Of a stretch of 64,000 bases of DNA, positions 30,007 to 39,555 are shown one piece after another. Below the pieces are notes generated by a model, which worked only from the letters and a program-made list of their open reading frames with translations, had not been told where the DNA came from and searched no databases. Every line of letters begins with the position of its first letter. Within the stretch, counting starts at the first letter, position 1. Source of the DNA: Desulfobacterales bacterium (lineage in GTDB: Bacteria; Desulfobacterota; Desulfobacteria; Desulfobacterales; UBA2174); assembly GCA_963668645.2 (NCBI GenBank), contig CAXXWC010000019.1, forward strand, positions 640,001-704,000, in the 5' to 3' direction. The position numbers and the translations under genes are program-made.

Positions 30007-30274
30007 TTCGTCCTCCTAATGAAGCATTTTGTTTCGGTTACGTATGTGTCCACCTGAAAATGGCATCTTTCGGTCCCTCACGGTGTTCTCGCGCTGTGCC
30101 CATATCCGGCATCGCGTCGCGATGCCCACATCGATCGGGCCTTGCGGCAGGCCGAAATCCAGCACTTGTGGACGGACACCAAATCGCCTTTATTCTTCAA
30201 TCGTTAAAGCCTCTCCGCTCCTCCTTTCATCGATTAGATCGTTATCTGCCACCATGTGTTTGACCAAAAAATTT

Positions 30275-30325
30275 ATTTCATATTTAAAACATAATTTTAA
30301 TATCACACCATTAAAATAGTGTCAA
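30275..30325 (-). promoter_or_regulatory. Putative operator and sigma70 -35 element upstream of the second TRAP operon
   Basis: ATTTCATATTTAAAACA (30275-30291) matches 36475-36491 at 15/17; TTGACA on the minus strand at 30320-30325. Confidence 0.5.
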
Positions 30326-30528
30326 TATTTTTCCGATGTGCTAAAATAGCCGGCTATAGACTCCCCTCCAGTATGCAGGGATTGAGGATGTTTTTGCGGG
30401 TCCGCCAAACGCTTGAATCGCCGCACCAGTAAATACCGGGCTTTTGATTTCTTGCATGCCATCCCGTCTTGACGGGATAAATCTCCCTCTTTTCCGGCAA
30501 CCGCCAGTGCCCCCCCCCCCCGCCGGTC

Positions 30529-31599
30529 TCAATACCAGCCATAGTCGTTCACTGCCCGGGTCATGGCCCAAACATTGACCGGCGGCGCCTTGACCGGCAA
30601 ACCGCAGCCCGGACCAAGGATAAAACCCGCTGCGGCATGCTTGCCGGCTTCGATCACCTCACGGCTCAGTGTGTAAACCTGTTCCGGACTTGCCGTCTGG
30701 ATAACCACCGGGTCGATATTGCCGAAAAGGATGTCTTTGGGGAAAAAACGTGCGGCGTCGGCCAGCTTCACCTCATGGCCGAAGCTCAGCACGCTAGGAT
30801 GCGACCACGGCATCGCCTCGGCCAGCAGCGGTAAGTTGGCGTTCTGCTCGCCGCAGATGTGAAAGCCGAAGCGCGGGACGCCGAGCTGCTTCAAATGTTC
30901 GTGGTAACACAGGTGGGCCGGGACTGCAAAACGCTCAAAGAGCCTTGGTGAAATCAGTTGGTTTGATTCCCCCGGTGAGCTCATCCAGGCAAAGAGACGA
31001 TGGACCCCGAAGGTCTCCACCCAGACGTCGAGGACGTTGAAAATATGCTTCATGGCCAGAGAAATCAGACGGCGGCACAGCTCCGGCTTCCTGATCAGCC
31101 AGCGCATGAAACGATCGGTCCCGCAGATATTGGCGGCCATGGAAAGAGGCGAACGGGAAAAAAAATAAACCGGTCGGTCATCGGCCATCTGAAGTTGGGC
31201 CAGATGCAGCATCTTGGGGATACGTCCGGTCCGGCGCGGGTCGGGCAGGCGCAACGCCTCGATCCTCGCTTCGCAGTCCGCCGGGAAGGATTCTACCACC
31301 ATGGCAGATTCAAACTCGCCTCGGGGCAAGCGCACGTTTCCGCCGAAATCAAGTGCACCGAGCACCGTGTGGGCCATGGGTTGGTCCGGAATCGGATCCC
31401 AACCGTACTGCTCACAGGCCCAACGGTGAGCATTGAAGCTCTTTTGCGGATCGTCATAGGCCGCAGCTACGGCGAAACCGGCGTTGACGGCGTTGAACCC
31501 GTCACTGAGTGATCCGAGCGGCACCCGGTCGATGCCACGGGACGCGAACAGCGCTGCCAGCCGCTGCCGGCTATTCATACGATCTTGCTTCAGGTGCAT
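30529..31599 (-). CDS. UroD/MtaA-CmuA-family TIM-barrel protein (Zn-binding methyltransferase-like)
   Basis: DRVP, ISPRLFERF, FHICG and GPGCGLP (HxC...C Zn ligands), GNIDP; lacks the UroD QAGR motif. Confidence 0.82.
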   Translation of the reverse strand: MHLKQDRMNSRQRLAALFASRGIDRVPLGSLSDGFNAVNAGFAVAAAYDDPQKSFNAHRWACEQYGWDPIPDQPMAHTVLGALDFGGNVRLPRGEFESAMVVESFPADCEARIEALRLPDPRRTGRIPKMLHLAQLQMADDRPVYFFSRSPLSMAANICGTDRFMRWLIRKPELCRRLISLAMKHIFNVLDVWVETFGVHRLFAWMSSPGESNQLISPRLFERFAVPAHLCYHEHLKQLGVPRFGFHICGEQNANLPLLAEAMPWSHPSVLSFGHEVKLADAARFFPKDILFGNIDPVVIQTASPEQVYTLSREVIEAGKHAAAGFILGPGCGLPVKAPPVNVWAMTRAVNDYGWY

Positions 31600-31640
31600 G
31601 GTTTTTCAAGACACGAATGCATGAGGTTTTGAACCTGGCT

Positions 31641-32927
31641 CTAGCCGCCCTCGCAGGTCAGCAGAATCTCCTGCGCGCCAGCAGCGCCGCTCCAGTCGAA
31701 CCTCTCCACCGCAAGGCGGTAGCTGTTGTGGGCGATCAACCGCCTGTACGGCTTCTGCCACAGGCAATGACCGTCGGCCGTCGCCCGCACCACAACGGCC
31801 TTCAGGGTTTGTGATACCTGGAAAAAATAACCACTGCCGAGCCATGGCAACCGGGCTACGGCTGTGCCTGAAGGGGCTGTAAGCTGCGGTGTGACGAATC
31901 GGATCGGCCGTTGACAGGTGAGGCGCACCGTCGGCCGGGCTAGGGTCGGAACCCCGTCCAGTTGCCCGGCGACCCCCCGTGCGGCCCGGCGCCCCTCCAG
32001 GGCGCACAGATCGTGCATGTTAGCGCCGCGCAGAACGTTACCCGCAGCCCAGACCCCCGGAATGCTGGTCTGCAAGGCGGCATCAACAACCGGTCCGCCC
32101 GAGTCCGGATCGATCTCGATGGGGCTGTCGTAGATCAGGGTCGCTTCCGGCCGGAATGCACCAGTGACCACCAGCGTATCGCAGCCCAAAGTCCGCTCGG
32201 CACCGCCGGCAGCATCCGACAAGCTCACGCCGGTCACCCGATCATGACCGTCAACACTCAGTATCCGGCAGCGGCGCAGAACCGGAAATCGCAACCAACT
32301 GCTCAGGACACCGGCCACCGAGGGGTAGGTGTGCAGCGCCACGTCCGGCTCTACCAAGGCCGCGATCTCGACCCCCGCCCGGTGCAGGGTCATGGCGGCG
32401 GAAAAGGCCACATGCTCGCTGCCGAGAATCACTGCCCGTCGACCGGGAGTAAGCCCCTCCAGGTTGACCGTTTTTTGCAGCGTACCGGTTGTCATGACCC
32501 CCGCAGGCCTCAGACCGCAGAGCAAGCGCGAGCCCCTGGAGCCCTCGAAGCACCCCATGGCCAGAATCACATGGCGGCAGTGGTAGACGCCAATCCCCTC
32601 CGGACCGCTCACCGTCAGGGCATGCCGATGCTCTCCGCTTCCCGGTTCGATCCGGATCACCGTCGATTCGGTGCGCGCCTTGACTGCCGTGCGCCGCACC
32701 AATGTATCGAGTCGGCGCGCATAGGCCGGTCCGCTGTATGCCCGATACAGATCGCGCAGACCGAAAAAAACGTGGGCACTACGGGGGATACCCCCCAAAT
32801 GCGTTTCGTTCTCAAACAGGTAAATGTCCGGATGCCCCAGCCGCGCCAACTCGAGACAGGCGGAAATACCCGCCGGTCCGCCTCCGACGACAGCCACATC
32901 ACACGCAATGTCATTCATGATACCCAT
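31641..32927 (-). CDS. NAD(P)/FAD-dependent oxidoreductase (partner subunit of GlpA/LhgO-like enzymes)
   Basis: VVGGGPAG, LAMGCFE, RPAGVMTTG, TSIPGVWAAGNV. Confidence 0.85.
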   Translation of the reverse strand: MGIMNDIACDVAVVGGGPAGISACLELARLGHPDIYLFENETHLGGIPRSAHVFFGLRDLYRAYSGPAYARRLDTLVRRTAVKARTESTVIRIEPGSGEHRHALTVSGPEGIGVYHCRHVILAMGCFEGSRGSRLLCGLRPAGVMTTGTLQKTVNLEGLTPGRRAVILGSEHVAFSAAMTLHRAGVEIAALVEPDVALHTYPSVAGVLSSWLRFPVLRRCRILSVDGHDRVTGVSLSDAAGGAERTLGCDTLVVTGAFRPEATLIYDSPIEIDPDSGGPVVDAALQTSIPGVWAAGNVLRGANMHDLCALEGRRAARGVAGQLDGVPTLARPTVRLTCQRPIRFVTPQLTAPSGTAVARLPWLGSGYFFQVSQTLKAVVVRATADGHCLWQKPYRRLIAHNSYRLAVERFDWSGAAGAQEILLTCEGG

Positions 32928-32934
32928 ATAGGCC

Positions 32935-34398
32935 TCACCGTCGGCGCCCGTTTCCGGCGCCGTCGTTGTCCAACTCGTAAGAAGCACCGCCCTTGCGCGT
33001 CAAGGACGCGGGTGCCACCTGCATCTGCCGGCTCATGATCGAAAGCACCTTGTGGCCGCAGAAATTGCTCTGGCAGCGCCCCATGCCGGCCCGGGTGCGA
33101 AACTTGATCCCGTCGCGGGTGACGGCACCCCGGCCCAGGGCCTCTTTGATCTCACCTTCGGAAACCATCTCGCAACGGCAAACGATACGGCCCCAGGCAG
33201 GATCCGCAGCGATGGCCGCGGCCCGCTGGGCATCGTCCATCTCGGCAAAGTGGGGGATGTCCTTGCGCAACGGGTCGAAGTCGGGCTTGGGCTGCCCTTC
33301 GAATCCGGCCTCGGGCAACACGGTATTCACCAAGTGTCGCCCCATGGCTACCGATCCGGTCAACCCCGAGGCCCCCAGCACGAAGTGAACAAAATGCGGC
33401 ACCCCGGGGGCCGAACAGATATGGTACTCAGGACCGGCCAAGGGGATGGTGCCGGCAAAGGGGCGAATGCCCAGCCCGGACGACAGGCCCTCGATCAGAC
33501 GCTGGTAATGCGGGATGACATACCCCTTGATGCCCGCTTCGGTAGTCTCGGCCCGTTCCGGGGTGGAGACCGCTTCCACCAGGCATCCGACCATGACATT
33601 TCCATCCACCGTCGGGCCGACGAAATCTCCGGTGGGATTGCCGTTGCTCAGTCCCCGGACCAAGTGTCGGACGCTCCAGGCGCTTTGCTTGTCGAGGATC
33701 ATCCGCTCCTGCTTGAGAAGCTTGAGCGTGAAGCTGTCGTCGCCGATCATCCGCGCCACCTTGTCAGCGTAAAGTCCCGCAGCGTTGATTACCCAGCAGG
33801 CGTGGACCACACCACGGTTGGTGCGCAGGACGAAGCGGCCGTCGCCGGCTATCTCGATGCCGCTGACTTCGGTTTCCAACATCAGGCGACACCCGTTGGC
33901 AACGGCGTTTTCCACCAGACCAAAAACCAGGCCCCAGGGGCTGACCACACCAGTGGTGGGCGTGAACAGGGCGGCGCGCACCTCCGACGAAAGATTCGGT
34001 TCCATCTGCCGCAACCGGGCCGGATCGTGGATCAGCTCCATGTCTGGCACGCCGTGGTGGACCGCCTTTTCACGGATCTGTTCCAGGGCCTGGATTTCGG
34101 CTTCGTCAAAGGCCACCAGCAGCTTGCCGATCCGCCGGAAGGGCACGTCGAGTTGCCGGCAGATCTCGGGCATCAACTGGTTCCCCTCAAGTTCTGCGCG
34201 GTCCTTCAGCGCAGCCCCCCCGGGCAAGCCGCAGTGGACGATGGCGTGCGTGGCCTTGGTGGCGCCGAAACAGACGTCGGCGCATTTTTCAACGAGGGCA
34301 AGGTTCAGCGCATACCGGGAAAGAGCCCTGGCGGCCACGGCCCCGGCAATGCCGCCGCCGATGATTACGACATCGAAGGATAGGTCATTTTCTGCCAT
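32935..34398 (-). CDS. FAD-dependent oxidoreductase, LhgO/GlpA-like, with C-terminal BFD-type [2Fe-2S] domain
   Basis: IIGGGIAG, INAAGLYAD, PTVDGN, VCRCE...RAGMGRCQSNFC. Confidence 0.88.
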   Translation of the reverse strand: MAENDLSFDVVIIGGGIAGAVAARALSRYALNLALVEKCADVCFGATKATHAIVHCGLPGGAALKDRAELEGNQLMPEICRQLDVPFRRIGKLLVAFDEAEIQALEQIREKAVHHGVPDMELIHDPARLRQMEPNLSSEVRAALFTPTTGVVSPWGLVFGLVENAVANGCRLMLETEVSGIEIAGDGRFVLRTNRGVVHACWVINAAGLYADKVARMIGDDSFTLKLLKQERMILDKQSAWSVRHLVRGLSNGNPTGDFVGPTVDGNVMVGCLVEAVSTPERAETTEAGIKGYVIPHYQRLIEGLSSGLGIRPFAGTIPLAGPEYHICSAPGVPHFVHFVLGASGLTGSVAMGRHLVNTVLPEAGFEGQPKPDFDPLRKDIPHFAEMDDAQRAAAIAADPAWGRIVCRCEMVSEGEIKEALGRGAVTRDGIKFRTRAGMGRCQSNFCGHKVLSIMSRQMQVAPASLTRKGGASYELDNDGAGNGRRR

Positions 34399-34532
34399 AT
34401 TCGTTCTCCACAGCCCGCCGCATCCGCACCAGATCGACCCGGCTCAAAGTATCAAACTGTGCATGCGTATCGACCACTTTCATCACACACCTAAAGTTTT
34501 CGCAAAACCATTGGATTGCCATGGCCACAGGC

Positions 34533-35633
34533 TCAGCGCACGACACGGGCCGTGCCGCCGGCCATCACCCGCTCGACTTCATTGCAACGGGCCATACTCG
34601 TATCTCCCGGAGTGGACATGGCCAGCGCACCGTGGGCCGCGCCGTAGTTGACCGCCTCCTGGGCCGGCTTACCCTCCATGAGGGCGTAGATCAGTCCCGA
34701 GGCGAAGCTGTCGCCGCCGCCGACACGGTCGAGGATTTCCAGATCGGGGCGCATGATGGCGTCATAGAAGGCGCCGTCGGTGTACACGATGGCACCCCAG
34801 TCGTTACGGCTGGCGGTCTTGGCGTTTCTCAGAGTAGTGGCGACGACTCTGAAGTTGGGATAGGCGGCCACCGCCTTTTCGATCATTTTCTTGAAATTGC
34901 CCGGATCGAGATTGGAGCAGTCACTGTCGAGCCCCTCCACTTTGAAGCCTAGGGCCGCAGTGAAGTCCTCCTCGTTGCCGAGCATCACGTCGACATACTT
35001 AGCGATCTCGCAGTTGACCGCCTGGGCCCGCTCGATACCGCCGATGTCCTGCCACAGTGAGGCCCTGAAATTCAGGTCGTAAGAGACGATGGTGCCGTAC
35101 GCTTTGGCCTTTGACATCGCTTCGATGGCCACCTCGGGGGTGGTCTCGGAAAGCGCGGCGAAAATGCCGCCGCAATGGAACCAGCGCACCTGGTGCTTGC
35201 CGAAAATGGTATCCCAGTCGATATCGCCCTTGCGCAGCTTGGAAACGGCGGTATGCCCCCGATCAGAGCAGCCCAAGGCAGCCCGCGCCCCGTAGCCGCG
35301 TTCGGTGAAATTCAGACCGACACGCACCTCGCGGCCGATGCCGTCGTAGGGCACCCAACGGATGTATTCGGTGTTCACCCCACCTTGCAGAATCAGATCT
35401 TCAAGCAGCCGTCCCACCGCATTGTCCGCAATGGCGGTGACCACCGCTGCGCGCTTGCCGAAGCAACGCCGCAGCCCGCGCGCAACGTTGTACTCGCCGC
35501 CGCCCTCCCAGACGCGAAAGTTTCTAGCAGTGTGGATCCGGCCTTCGGCCGGATCGAACCGGATCATGATCTCGCCCAGGGACAGAATGTCGTAACGGCA
35601 CTGATCCGCCGGCTTCAAATCCAACGTCGTCAT
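34533..35633 (-). CDS. kdgK: 2-dehydro-3-deoxygluconokinase (PfkB family)
   Basis: GGGEYNVA, SYDLNFRASLW, GNEED, DRVGGGDSFASG. Confidence 0.88.
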   Translation of the reverse strand: MTTLDLKPADQCRYDILSLGEIMIRFDPAEGRIHTARNFRVWEGGGEYNVARGLRRCFGKRAAVVTAIADNAVGRLLEDLILQGGVNTEYIRWVPYDGIGREVRVGLNFTERGYGARAALGCSDRGHTAVSKLRKGDIDWDTIFGKHQVRWFHCGGIFAALSETTPEVAIEAMSKAKAYGTIVSYDLNFRASLWQDIGGIERAQAVNCEIAKYVDVMLGNEEDFTAALGFKVEGLDSDCSNLDPGNFKKMIEKAVAAYPNFRVVATTLRNAKTASRNDWGAIVYTDGAFYDAIMRPDLEILDRVGGGDSFASGLIYALMEGKPAQEAVNYGAAHGALAMSTPGDTSMARCNEVERVMAGGTARVVR

Positions 35634-36313
35634 TGCTGTTTTCCTCCACGAATCGCAGCGATCAAATCGAGCGTTTTTTTCACGTTGTCACGGATGCCGT
35701 CGTAATCCTGTTTTGCCACCAATTCCTTGGTAATCAGCTTGGAGCCTATGCCGGCACAGGCGATACCGGCCTGAAACCATACCGTAAGGCTCTCGGCGGT
35801 CGGTTCGACCCCGCCGGTAGGCATGATTTCTGTCCACGGGCACGGGCCACGAAGGTTCTTTACAAACGCCGGACCGCCGACCTCTCCTCCCGGGAAAATC
35901 TTGCAGATTTCAGCCCCCAGGGTCTCGGCCCGATGAATCTCACTGACCGTTCCACATCCTGGGCACCAGGCGACCTTGCGGCTGTTGCACAGCCGGCCGG
36001 TCTCCTCGTCGAGCAGCGGACTGACGATGAAATTGGAACCCGCGCCGATATACATCGCCGCGGTGGGGGCATCCACCACCGATCCGGTGCCCAAAACCAC
36101 CTCCGGCCGTTCCGCGACCAGGTATTGCTCCACTGCCTTGAAAACCTCAAATGCGCCGTCGCCGCGGTTGGTGAACTCCACAAGGCGCGCGCCGCCGGCG
36201 GCGCAAGCGCAGACGATGTTCTTGGCCACCTCCACGTCATGATGATAGAATACCGGAATCAATCCCAGCTCCTTCATCAAAAGCAATGTCTCAAGCCGTT
36301 TGTATCTCGCCAT
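35630..36313 (-). CDS. eda: KDPG / 4-hydroxy-2-oxoglutarate aldolase
   Basis: VEFTNRG, GTGSV, FIVSP, KIFPG (Schiff-base Lys), MPTGGV; ATGA overlap with kdgK. Confidence 0.92.
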   Translation of the reverse strand: MARYKRLETLLLMKELGLIPVFYHHDVEVAKNIVCACAAGGARLVEFTNRGDGAFEVFKAVEQYLVAERPEVVLGTGSVVDAPTAAMYIGAGSNFIVSPLLDEETGRLCNSRKVAWCPGCGTVSEIHRAETLGAEICKIFPGGEVGGPAFVKNLRGPCPWTEIMPTGGVEPTAESLTVWFQAGIACAGIGSKLITKELVAKQDYDGIRDNVKKTLDLIAAIRGGKQQ

Positions 36314-36474
36314 GATTCGATCCCTCTGCTGCCGCTATCCTAATCGTTGAAATCTTCTGTGAGCATTAAAATATTGTGGGCATTTTCTAAAGGCCGACTA
36401 ACTTGATACACCGGTCATCGCTGCTTCCTTTTGTCCCCGCTTCAAGGGTAATGATTCAGTCATGTCCAAAAGTA

Positions 36475-36540
36475 ATTTCATATATTAAACACTGTTTCGA
36501 TAATACAGCATATATAATTTCCCTCCCCCATTTCTGTCAA
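36475..36540 (-). promoter_or_regulatory. Putative sigma70 promoter and IclR/KdgR-like operator of the eda operon
   Basis: TTGACA (36535-36540, minus strand) with an AT-rich -10 17-18 bp away; ATTTCATATATTAAACACTGTTTC includes the palindrome AAACA-C-TGTTT. Confidence 0.55.
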
Positions 36541-36752
36541 GCAAAATTTTAACGCCGATGGGGATAGGCACAGACCGATCACGAGGACAGATTTGTCCTT
36601 GTGTGCAACGCCCTCAACAGGGAAGTAAAAACGGGCCGGCCCGGTTTCTCAATGCCGCCCGCAAGGCTTGCGGTGTATTGCTTTCCGGCCACTCACTCCG
36701 CAGGCCAAGCCCGCCAACGGTGAAAACACATAATCTTCTGCTTGTAAACGAA

Positions 36753-36784
36753 GGCGAGTCGGGTCTTGTAGCACCCGACTCGCC
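36753..36784. terminator. 12-bp GC-rich hairpin, possible terminator
   Basis: GGCGAGTCGGGT-cttgtagc-ACCCGACTCGCC followed by AATCTTCTT. Confidence 0.45.
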
Positions 36785-36847
36785 AATCTTCTTGCTGGCG
36801 CAAACCGATGCCTCCGCAGTGGATCGTCTCTCGGGCGGGTTAGTCTC

Positions 36848-38518
36848 GTGTCCATCCGCGGCCGTAACTATCCGGCCGGCATAAAAAAAGCGCATTTTGT
36901 GCTGGAGTTTCGAGGCTGAGTGTAGTATAAACGATGTCGCCAAACAACCGTAAATACTAACAAAGCCGAGAAAAGGACCAACACAAAATGCGCGAAAAAT
37001 GGCAACGCCAAATGCCCCTGATGCCCGAGATCGCCAGCCACATCCAAGCCCAAGAGCTCGAAGCCATCTCCGGCATCCTGGACAGCAAACCTATCATCAC
37101 CGAGTTCGTGCTGCAAGATCTTTGCAAGCGGCGCCGTGTTGTCAGCCGTGCCGGGGCAAAAGGCATGAGCGCCGAGCAGGTGCTGCGAGCGGCCGTGGTG
37201 ATGAGGCTCCACGAGTTGACCTACCAGGACCTGGCTTTTCATCTGGTCGACAGCCAGAGTATCCGGCGTTTTTGCCGTATCGGCATTGCCGACAAGGGGT
37301 TCAAAAAGTCGGTGCTCAACAAAAACATCAAGGCCCTGTCGGATCAGACCTGGGAGGCGATCAACCTTGAAGTGCTCGGTTATGCCAAACAAAACAAGAT
37401 CGAAAAAGGCCGTGTGGCACGTATCGATTGTACGGTTGTCGAAAGCAATATCCACGCGCCCAGTGATTCGAGCCTGCTGTATGATTGTGTCCGGGTGCTG
37501 AGCCGGTTGCAGCAAAGGGTCCGGGATCTTGGCCTGGGCCGATTTGGATACCACGATCACCGCCGGGTGGCCAAACGGCGCATGGTCAAAATTCAGTACG
37601 CCCGCAGCAAAAATGAACGTCGTGGGGCCTATGTCGATCTTCTCAAATACACGGCAAAGTCGTTGGCTTCGGCCCGGCGCGCTATCGAACGGCTCAAGAC
37701 GGTCGGTGCTGACAACCTGACCGCGCTGGGCCTGTTTTTTGAATTGGAACGCTACGTTGCACTGACCGAAAAGGTCATCGCGCAGACCCAGCGCCGCGTC
37801 ATCAAAGGAGAGAAGGTTCCGGCCTCGGAAAAGCTCGTGTCGATTTTCGAGGAGCATACCGACATCATCGTCAAGGACCGGCGCGACACATTTTTCGGTC
37901 ACAAGATATGTCTGACCGGAGGCCGTTCGAACCTGATTCTCGATTGTCAGATCGTGGAAGGCAACCCGGCCGATGTGACCTTGACCCAGACGATGCTCGA
38001 TCGGCAAGAAAAGATTTACGGGCGCTGCCCGCTCAAAGTTGCACTGGACGGAGGGTTTGCTTCCAAGGCGAATTTGAAGGCCGCCAAGGACAAGGGAATC
38101 AAAGACGTCTGTTTTGCCAAAAAGCGCGGCCTGGACCCGGAGAAGATGTGCCGCAGCCCGTATGTGTACAGGCGCCTTCGTCGCTTCCGGGCCGGCATCG
38201 AGGCGGGCATATCCTGGCTCAAGCGCAGCCTGGGGCTGGATCGGTGCACTTGGAAAGGATGGCGATCGTTCCAGAGTTATGTTTGGGCGTCGATCGTTTC
38301 GGCCAACCTGCTTACGATTGCCCGCAAACAGTTGGCCTGACGGTACGGCACCCGTTCGACACGTAAAGCCAACAGGTGAGGTGTTCCCGGATTTTAGGGT
38401 GAATAGTAACATTTACTGTTAAGGGCTTGTTTTTTGCTAAATTCTTTCGAGATTATTCGCCTGCCGCCTCTTTGCAGGGTCCTCGGGCGGCTGATTTTGG
38501 CGATTTATGGACGGAAAC
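36848..38518 (+). mobile_element. ISNCY-family (ISDol1-like) insertion sequence, 1671 bp
   Basis: 7-bp direct repeat TAGTCTC at 36841-36847 and 38519-38525; imperfect TIR GTGTCCATCC vs GTTTCCGTCC (8/10). Confidence 0.8.
36988..38340 (+). CDS. ISNCY-family DDE transposase
   Basis: RIDCTVVESNIHAPSDSSLL, KLVSIFEEHTDII, GNPAD, ALDGGF, FRAGIEAGISWLKR. Confidence 0.9.
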   Translation: MREKWQRQMPLMPEIASHIQAQELEAISGILDSKPIITEFVLQDLCKRRRVVSRAGAKGMSAEQVLRAAVVMRLHELTYQDLAFHLVDSQSIRRFCRIGIADKGFKKSVLNKNIKALSDQTWEAINLEVLGYAKQNKIEKGRVARIDCTVVESNIHAPSDSSLLYDCVRVLSRLQQRVRDLGLGRFGYHDHRRVAKRRMVKIQYARSKNERRGAYVDLLKYTAKSLASARRAIERLKTVGADNLTALGLFFELERYVALTEKVIAQTQRRVIKGEKVPASEKLVSIFEEHTDIIVKDRRDTFFGHKICLTGGRSNLILDCQIVEGNPADVTLTQTMLDRQEKIYGRCPLKVALDGGFASKANLKAAKDKGIKDVCFAKKRGLDPEKMCRSPYVYRRLRRFRAGIEAGISWLKRSLGLDRCTWKGWRSFQSYVWASIVSANLLTIARKQLA

Positions 38519-39555
38519 TAGTCTCAAGGCGCTTTAGACTTCCCGACAATCGGCAGGCAGTAGTCCGACTGAAAAACGATTCAAAACCAGCAATTCTCGG
38601 TGACCCCAAAATGGCGAGGGCATGTTGGAAATACAACGGAGGCCCCGCGACCGCCGGTTGGCTTGGTGCCTTGATTGATCGTAACAGAACAACGGCAGAA
38701 CAGCAGAAGAACAAGCCAATATCACTAAAACCCAAAGCTTGCCGAGTATGCAAAAGGCAGCCAGGGGGTGATCTTGGCGGCCGCGCCGAAACTGTATTAG
38801 GCCGTTAGTGTTGGTCCGGACCGCCTCAAGTATCTGCGGTAGAATACTCGTGATTGCCGCCAGCTTCAGTTTGATTGTTCGATGACGGGACCGGTTCGGA
38901 CGGGCACTCAGGGTCGAGTTTTTTGAGCGGACGCGGGGATTATCCCGAAACGCCTTTGCCCTATGGGAGCCCTATCCTTTCTTCAGCCATTCTGCCCAAT
39001 TCGATTGGAAATCCAACGCTTCCGTCCCTTTGGTGAAATCAACAAATCCTTGATTCGCCGAAAATTGCTGATTCAAGCATCCCCTAACCGCCAAAGCCTT
39101 GACGGTGTAGTGCGCAAGACCATCAAATCTCAACCATTCTGCACTGAATTGCTGAATAGTCTTGACCATTATGCAAAACCTTGCACAATGGTCGTATCTT
39201 CCCCCATGGAAAACGGTCCACGAAACGTTTGATCGAGCAGCATATAAAGAAAAGGGCAGCTGGAAAAACTACCACAAGGGCGTCCAAGATACCCGGCCAA
39301 GACACGGATCTATTTTCAAGACCGCTACGCGATCCCAGCCGTCCAGTTGCGCTGCATCTATAAAAGAAAAGGAGATGCGCGGGGTCGAAGTCCGGCAGGC
39401 CGAGCCGTTTTTGAAAGGGCTGCTGGCCTGAGTGTACGCTTTGGCCAACGGCATGCCATTTCATTCGAAAAGGCAGAGCGCTTTGTTTCGGGGCAAACTC
39501 GAAGGCATTGCGGCAGGCGCATGGCATCTATCAACCCGACGAGGCGGTGCATCCA

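Noticed and set aside
30020..30255. Possible decayed gene upstream of the second dctP (GVRPQVLDFGLPQGPIDV)
   Set aside because: Interrupted by a stop; the resemblance is too weak to assign without a search
30529..31599. Heme-pathway uroporphyrinogen decarboxylase (hemE)
   Set aside because: Lacks the QAGR signature, has MtaA-type Zn ligands and no tetrapyrrole neighbours
38526..39500. Short ORFs between the ISNCY element and the sensor kinase
   Set aside because: No motifs, RBS or consistent frame; no structured RNA that I can support
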